Assembly (NCBI GenBank): GCA_009776725.1
Contig: WRNE01000002.1
Coordinates: 1 to 64,000, forward strand
DNA: 64,000 nucleotides
Direction of reading: 5' to 3'
Source of the DNA: Coriobacteriia bacterium
GTDB lineage: Bacteria; Actinomycetota; Coriobacteriia; Coriobacteriales; UBA8131
The notes below the pieces were generated by a model. It made no database searches. It was not told the DNA's origin and saw only the letters and a program-made list of their open reading frames with translations. A program made the position numbers and the translations under genes. Positions 58,464-64,000 of the stretch are shown here, piece after piece. How positions within the stretch are numbered: the stretch's first letter is position 1; each line of letters starts with the position of its first letter.

Positions 58464-59612
58464 TCAGGCGCGGTACCTCAAAACAAGAGCGACCAACAAC
58501 TGGGTGATGTTTACCAAATCGGCAACCGCCAAGCTCTCGTCCTTGCTGTGCACTGCAGTCATTCCGGTTGCGAGCACCAAGGGTTTTAAGCCCTTCCCCG
58601 CGTATATGTTAGCATCCGACCCTCCGCCTGTATAGCTGGCAGCAGGAGCCAGACCCAATTCACGGGCAGTCTCTAACACCAACTGCACCAGCGCATCGTC
58701 CTCTGCCAGCTTAAACCCTGGATAGGCCAATGTGAACTCGGCTTGCACTTCTCCACCGAAATCGGACGCTGCCTTGTCCATTAAAGCGCCGATTTTTTCC
58801 TTGACTTCGTATACCCTGTCTTCTGAAAGCGAGCGCATCTCCCCTGTTACCAGGCATTCTTCAGCAACGACATTGTTTGCGCTGCCGCCTTGGATGGTCC
58901 CGACATTGGCTGTAGTCATCTCGTCAAGCCGGCCCGTAGGCAGCGAGGCAATGGCTTGGGCAGCCATCGAGATCGCCGAGATGCCGGTCTCTGGGCTCAC
59001 CCCCGCATGGGCTTGCCGCCCAATGAAGCGGGCAGTGTACTCGATGTGGAAGGGAGCGCCAATGATCACGCCGCCCGGCAGGCCGCCGGCATCTAAGACA
59101 AAGCAAGGCTCGCCATTAAAGCCTAAGGCTTGGCCGTCTATGGCTTTTGCCCCTTTCAGGCCGACTTCTTCAGCTACCGAGAACAAGATGACGACCTCCG
59201 GGTGTGATTGATCGGACTCAATTAAGACACGGACGGTTTCGACAATCGCAGCAATCCCCACCTTGTCGTCCCCGCCAAGGACAGTGTCGCTGCTAGACGT
59301 GATGACCCCGTCAGTAACGACAGGCATGATGCCCTCGCCGGGAGAGGCTGTGTCGGTGTGGGCCGACAAGTAGACACGGTCAGTGCGTCCCGGCGTAGCA
59401 GGCAGGACCGCTATCAAGTTACCAGTCTGCGAGCCTGTGTGCATTGTGCTGTTATCGATAGTCAACTGCAAGCCGGCATCCCCCAATACGCCCGACAGCC
59501 ACTGCATTACCCCTGCCTCTGAGTACGAAGGGCTGTCGATTTGCACCAAGGCCAAAAAGTCTGCAAGCAAACGCTCTTTGTCAGGAAGCGGGTATTGCGC
59601 TAAGGAATTCAT
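58464..59612 (-). CDS. M20-family metallopeptidase (peptidase T / ArgE-DapE-like).
   Basis: The metal-binding motifs are HTDTASPGE and GGDDKVGIAAI. The protein is 382 aa. Confidence 0.7.
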   Translation of the reverse strand: MNSLAQYPLPDKERLLADFLALVQIDSPSYSEAGVMQWLSGVLGDAGLQLTIDNSTMHTGSQTGNLIAVLPATPGRTDRVYLSAHTDTASPGEGIMPVVTDGVITSSSDTVLGGDDKVGIAAIVETVRVLIESDQSHPEVVILFSVAEEVGLKGAKAIDGQALGFNGEPCFVLDAGGLPGGVIIGAPFHIEYTARFIGRQAHAGVSPETGISAISMAAQAIASLPTGRLDEMTTANVGTIQGGSANNVVAEECLVTGEMRSLSEDRVYEVKEKIGALMDKAASDFGGEVQAEFTLAYPGFKLAEDDALVQLVLETARELGLAPAASYTGGGSDANIYAGKGLKPLVLATGMTAVHSKDESLAVADLVNITQLLVALVLRYRA

Positions 59613-59640
59613 TGACGACCACCTATCTGTCGGTTTGAAC

Positions 59641-61293
59641 CTACTTGGAATCTGCCTCCGAAGCCCTTATGCCAGCAGCCTGGACAAAGCCGCAAAACAA
59701 GGGATGCGGGCGCGTCGGCCGGCTCTTGAACTCAGGATGGGCCAGCGTCGCTACATACCAGGGATGGTCAGCAAGCTCCACGATGTTTATAAACACATTA
59801 TCTGGAGAAGACCCGCTGATCACCATGCCGGCATCGGTCAATTGGTCGCGATAGTCGTTGTTGACCAGATAGCAATGGCTATAGCGTTCGGACACGAGGC
59901 CTTGGCCATATAAGGCAAATGCCCTTGTTCCCTCAATCAGCGCTGTGGGATATGCGCCTAAGCGGCCAGGGATCTCCCTTAGGGCAAGCGAGCGTGTGAT
60001 GCTTGATGTCGCTGCTGCTATCTCGTCATGAGACATCTGCCTGATGACTGGATCAATCACTTGGGCGCTCCCATCGCAGTTCTCTGTCGTGTTGGCTGCC
60101 TTCAAGCCTGCTACATTGCGGGCAAACTCCACCACTGCAGCTTGCATGCCGAGGCAGATCCCTAGTAAGGGGATATCATGCTCGCGCGCAAACTGGGCAG
60201 CTAGGACCTTGCTCTCAAAAGCCGATTTCTCATAACCTCCCGGCAGCAGGATACCGTCCAGCTCGCAAAGCGCCTCGTCGATCTGGGAGCCTGTCATCGT
60301 CTCTGTGTCAATGTACTCGATATTGACCCTATACCCGGTGCCGACTCCAGCATGCTCCAAGGCCTCTGAGATACTGCGGTAGGCATCTGGCATCGAAGCG
60401 TATTCGCCGACAATGCCGATGCGGACAGTCTGGGGCAGCTCCCTTAGGCTGACAACGTATTTTTCCCAATCGCTTAGATCGGCGGGGGTCAGCGGAAGGC
60501 CTAAGGCCTCTAAGACATTGACATCGAAATTCTGGTCGCGCAAGACCAAAGGCACAGTGTAGATGCTGTCAACGTCTTGGCAACTGATGACGTTTTCAAT
60601 CCGCACATCGCAGAACAAGGCGATTTTTTCTTTGACCCCGTCGTTGATCTCATGGTCCGAGCGACAGACAATGAAGTCTGGCTGGACACCGATTGACCGC
60701 AGCTCCTTGACAGAGTGCTGTGTCGGCTTAGTCTTCAACTCGTGGGCCGAGGCAACATATGGGACCAAAGTAACATGCACGAAGAGCACATCGCCATGAG
60801 GCTTGCTCATCTTGAACTGGCGGGCTGCCTCAATGAAAGGCAAGGACTCGATGTCGCCGACAGTCCCTCCGATCTCAGTGATGACGATATCGATGTCATC
60901 GTCAGCCACGCTGTTAAACAGCTCCCGGATGGCATTGGTCATGTGCGGGATGACTTGGATTGTCCCACCCGAAAAGTCGCCACGCCGGTCATTGTCCAAA
61001 AGGCTTTGGTAGATACGGCCGGCTGTAAAATTGCTTTCTCGGGTCAGGCTCTCGTCCACGAAGCGCTCGTAGTGCCCAAGGTCCAAATCGCCTTCATGCC
61101 CGTCGTCGGTGACGAACAGCTCGCCATGCTGGGTTGGGCTCATAGTGCCTGGGTAGACGTTTAAGTAGGGATCAGCTTTCTGCAGAGTCACTTTGTAGCC
61201 ACGTGACTTCAGCAGCCTGCCCAATGAAGCAGCTGTGATTCCCTTGCCTAACGACGAAACAACACCTCCAGTAACAAAAATAAACTTAGTCAT
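59641..61293 (-). CDS. pyrG: CTP synthase.
   Basis: The N-terminus is MTKFIFVTGGVVSSLGKGI. A C-terminal glutamine amidotransferase domain (GICLGMQ) is present. Confidence 0.95.
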   Translation of the reverse strand: MTKFIFVTGGVVSSLGKGITAASLGRLLKSRGYKVTLQKADPYLNVYPGTMSPTQHGELFVTDDGHEGDLDLGHYERFVDESLTRESNFTAGRIYQSLLDNDRRGDFSGGTIQVIPHMTNAIRELFNSVADDDIDIVITEIGGTVGDIESLPFIEAARQFKMSKPHGDVLFVHVTLVPYVASAHELKTKPTQHSVKELRSIGVQPDFIVCRSDHEINDGVKEKIALFCDVRIENVISCQDVDSIYTVPLVLRDQNFDVNVLEALGLPLTPADLSDWEKYVVSLRELPQTVRIGIVGEYASMPDAYRSISEALEHAGVGTGYRVNIEYIDTETMTGSQIDEALCELDGILLPGGYEKSAFESKVLAAQFAREHDIPLLGICLGMQAAVVEFARNVAGLKAANTTENCDGSAQVIDPVIRQMSHDEIAAATSSITRSLALREIPGRLGAYPTALIEGTRAFALYGQGLVSERYSHCYLVNNDYRDQLTDAGMVISGSSPDNVFINIVELADHPWYVATLAHPEFKSRPTRPHPLFCGFVQAAGIRASEADSK

Positions 61294-61477
61294 GACAAAC
61301 CTTCTTAGTGCGCATATATCCCCATTTCGATACTTAAATGGATTTTAAAACCGGCTCGCTTCAATAGATATGCCTTAGCATAGTTATTCCAAGGATATAG
61401 TTATTCAAAGACATAAGCCAAGCCAGTGGCACGACTGTCCCAAGCTTTTAAGGAGTGCGCCTTAACAATGTTATCAT

Positions 61478-63202
61478 ATGAACATGAGCTTTTTGCTGAC
61501 TCAAAACAAGGATAAGACCACATCTACCGATGGTGGGACGTCAGACGGACAGGTCACGCCACCACAAGGGCATGATGGGCAAAACGCCGGCAACAGCCAA
61601 CCGGGTATGCTAGAGCCTTCCGTGTCAAAAGCCACAGCAGTCATGTCGGCAACGATCTTCGTGTCTCGGATTACCGGTTTCATACGTACTTGGGCAATGG
61701 CCTTTGCCCTGGGGAACACCTTGTTGACCTCCGCTTACAGTGTAGCTAACAACCTGCCGAACCAGATATTCGAACTGCTTGCCGGCGGTATCATCTCGTC
61801 TGTTTTTCTCCCTATGTACCTCTCGGAACGGGAAAAGGAAGGCCAGGCGGCAGCTTCTGATTTCGCTTCGAACCTTTTCTCCATCGGGCTTGTTGTCTTA
61901 GGTGCAGTCTCTTTGTTAGCGACGCTGTTCGCTCCCCAACTGGTCTTTACCCAGACCTTTCTGTCGCAGGACCTGGAGCCGGAAGCTGTGCGAATGGCTG
62001 GATTTTTCTTTCGCTACTTTGCTATTCAAGTGCTCTTTTACGGTATGGGCGGGCTTATGAGCAGCCTGCTCAATGCCCATCGTGAGTTCTTTTGGCCAAT
62101 GGCTGGGCCGATTTTCAACAATCTGGTAGTTATTGTCACGATGTTCAGCTATCCCTTTGTCAGCAACGCCAATACCGAGCTGGCCAGGATATGCCTGGCG
62201 ATAGGCACTACTTTAGGGGTAGCAGTCTCATTTGCCGTCCAAATCCCTGCCTTGCTTCGTTTGAGGATACCCTTGCGCTTTCACATCCGCCTAAGGGACC
62301 AAGCCTTAAAAGAAAGCCTGGCTATGGCCTTGCCGGTCAGTGCCTTCGTCATGATAAACCTGATAGTAGCGAGCGTCTTGAATGCTGTGGCTTTGAAGAC
62401 CAGCGCAACGGGGCCGGCTACAATACAATATGCGTGGTTGTGGTACCAATTACCCTACGGGCTGATTGCCGTAGCCTTGTCAACTGCCCTTTTTACAGAA
62501 ATGGCAGAGGCGAGCGCAGCAACCGACTTAGAAAAACTACGTGACAATGTGCGCATCGGGCTGAGGAACACCCTCTTTTTCATCGTCCCTTTGGCTGTAG
62601 CGATCATTGTCCTGGCCAAGCCCTTGGCAGGCTTGTACCACGCTGGCGAGTTTACCGAGCATGATGTGTCAATCGTCTCCCAGGTACTTAGGGTATGGTG
62701 CATAGCCCTGCCTTTTTTTGCAGGCTATCGGTTCTTGTATCGGGTTTTCAGCTCGCTTCGCGACCTCAAGCTGTTCATAGTGATTGATTTTGTCGGCAGG
62801 ATAGTCCAAATCACCCTTTATATACTTTTATCTGGAGGAGCAGGGCGATGGCCAGGCTGGGGACTGATAGGCTTGGCCCTAACTGATGCCATCGCGCATT
62901 TTATCCTGCTTGTTGCCATGCTCTTGTTACTACGTACCAAAATCGGCCAATTTGGCCTGTCCCAGATAGTTATTGACATACTCAAGTATATTGTTGCTGC
63001 CTTAGTCGCTGCCAGCCTGCCTTTGTTGTTGAGCCTGCTTGGCTTTGAGCCGAGGGCGGCTAGTATTGCCACCTCGTTTATCACGGTACTCGCTTGGGGC
63101 TCATACATCCTAGTCATATATTACTTTGTCTGTCGGGTTTTGCGACTCACCGAAATAGAGATGATCAACAGCCTGCTAAGCAGGCTGTTCAGAAGGACAT
63201 AG
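61478..63202 (+). CDS. murJ: Lipid II flippase MurJ (MviN).
   Basis: The signature is ...SRITGFIRTWAMAFALGNTLLTSAYSVANNLPNQIFELLAGGIISSVFLP.... The protein has 14 predicted TM helices and is 574 aa. Confidence 0.85.
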   Translation: MNMSFLLTQNKDKTTSTDGGTSDGQVTPPQGHDGQNAGNSQPGMLEPSVSKATAVMSATIFVSRITGFIRTWAMAFALGNTLLTSAYSVANNLPNQIFELLAGGIISSVFLPMYLSEREKEGQAAASDFASNLFSIGLVVLGAVSLLATLFAPQLVFTQTFLSQDLEPEAVRMAGFFFRYFAIQVLFYGMGGLMSSLLNAHREFFWPMAGPIFNNLVVIVTMFSYPFVSNANTELARICLAIGTTLGVAVSFAVQIPALLRLRIPLRFHIRLRDQALKESLAMALPVSAFVMINLIVASVLNAVALKTSATGPATIQYAWLWYQLPYGLIAVALSTALFTEMAEASAATDLEKLRDNVRIGLRNTLFFIVPLAVAIIVLAKPLAGLYHAGEFTEHDVSIVSQVLRVWCIALPFFAGYRFLYRVFSSLRDLKLFIVIDFVGRIVQITLYILLSGGAGRWPGWGLIGLALTDAIAHFILLVAMLLLLRTKIGQFGLSQIVIDILKYIVAALVAASLPLLLSLLGFEPRAASIATSFITVLAWGSYILVIYYFVCRVLRLTEIEMINSLLSRLFRRT

Positions 63203-63363
63203 CCTGACGCCGTCTTTATAGGTGAATAGGTTATACAGACCCCGGCTAAGACAGGCCTGTTGTTGTTTTTGGCAGGTCTGGATTTGCTTTTAAATCTAGT
63301 TGAACCCTAAGAAATCCTCTATACTTGTTTGTATTCAAGCCTATATCAACGGAGGGGGTTACC

Positions 63364-64000
63364 ATGGATCTCTATGATTCTATTTTTAGCCGCAAGTCTA
63401 CTCGAAAATATAATTTGGAAGCCCTAGGCAATGAGGATATCTTAAAGATCGAGGATGCCCTTGGTACTTTCCAAGAACTTTATGAAGGGATAGGCTATCA
63501 GCACCGCATCATCCCCGGCATACGCGGCCTGCTGAGTGTAAAGGCCCCGCATTATCTGATGATCAGCGGGTCTGGGGCGGCCAACGAGCTAGAGGCTGTC
63601 GGTTTTTTCTATGAGCAGTTCGTTTTGTGGCTAAATGCAAACGGCTACGGAAGTGTTTGGTTGGGTGGGGCAAAAGACGCTGATGCCCCGAGCGACAACG
63701 ACCTTATTGCTATTGCCTTTGGCATAGCCGCCGACTCCCCACATCGGGACTTGGGCGATTTCGACCGCAAGCCCATGGAGGAGATAACAAACTCCCCTGA
63801 CGACCAAGTCATAGCAGCTGTCCGCCTTGCCCCCTCAGGGATGAATGCCCAGCCTTGGTATTTTGAGAAGGCAGACGGGCAGGTATTGGTTTATCGAAAA
63901 AACCTCAATACACCGATCTCGCAGTTCTATAGACAGTCTGACCTGGACATGGGCATCGCTTTAAGCCACTACGCGATAGCCCTAGCGCATGAAGGCCAGG
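63364..64000 (+). CDS. Nitroreductase-family protein (partial, continues beyond the window).
   Basis: The N-terminus has SRKSTRKY and the motif APSGMNAQPW typical of the nitroreductase fold. Confidence 0.6.
   Translation, partial: MDLYDSIFSRKSTRKYNLEALGNEDILKIEDALGTFQELYEGIGYQHRIIPGIRGLLSVKAPHYLMISGSGAANELEAVGFFYEQFVLWLNANGYGSVWLGGAKDADAPSDNDLIAIAFGIAADSPHRDLGDFDRKPMEEITNSPDDQVIAAVRLAPSGMNAQPWYFEKADGQVLVYRKNLNTPISQFYRQSDLDMGIALSHYAIALAHEGQ

Overview
This 64-kb window looks like a Gram-positive, high-GC actinobacterial chromosome segment, probably Coriobacteriia-like. It has the argCJBDFR gene order, a CIRCE-regulated groES-groEL pair, ruvX-mltG, ligA, pyrG and murJ. Coding is dense on both strands. 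No transposase, integrase or CRISPR array was seen.

Housekeeping blocks:
- The arginine operon argC-argJ-argB-argD-argF-argR lies on the minus strand at 1-6636, with palindromes in the AT-rich promoter region at 6673-6990.
- groES/groEL sit at 46453-48413 with a near-consensus CIRCE operator.
- ruvX-mltG, pepP, a YqeG-type HAD phosphatase, ligA, an M20 peptidase, pyrG and murJ follow. A nitroreductase-family gene is cut off at the window end.

Accessory content that deserves attention:
1. Four large secreted proteins (6988-15144 and 36800-39262) each join a different cell-wall enzyme to arrays of ricin-B/CBM13 beta-trefoil lectin repeats. The enzymes are a GH73 glucosaminidase, an S8 subtilase, an L,D-transpeptidase and one large unknown domain. 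The first three sit immediately next to a GtrA/GtrB-like plus GT-C membrane glycosylation locus at 15304-25001. That locus carries a Ugd homologue, a DUF4422-GT8 fusion and a GT2. It also contains an embedded nucleotidyltransferase plus 2H-phosphoesterase pair. It ends at a single tRNA-Thr(UGU).
2. A PadR-DUF1700-DUF4097 module (25436-27537).
3. A radical-SAM plus DUF4130 putative DNA-repair pair (27630-29887) preceded by a LexA/Cheo-type box.
4. A flotillin with a long acidic tail (30117-32546).
5. A Bce-like peptide-antibiotic module: an OmpR-family response regulator, an intramembrane-sensing histidine kinase, an ABC ATPase and an 8-TM FtsX permease. Its two halves are separated by a roughly 0.6-kb, visibly AT-rich insert at about 43750-44340. 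The insert carries two strongly RBS-led small ORFs, one of them with an in-frame TGA. A heavily structured element and a minus-strand terminator lie next to it (43417-43724).
6. A split COG0523 (CobW-like) GTPase with a tandem-repeated His/Asp linker (49734-50800). It sits beside two tandem Zn-type URO-D/MtaA-like methyltransferase paralogues that share a near-identical core.
7. An orphan Agr-like LytTR two-component system (55763-58325).
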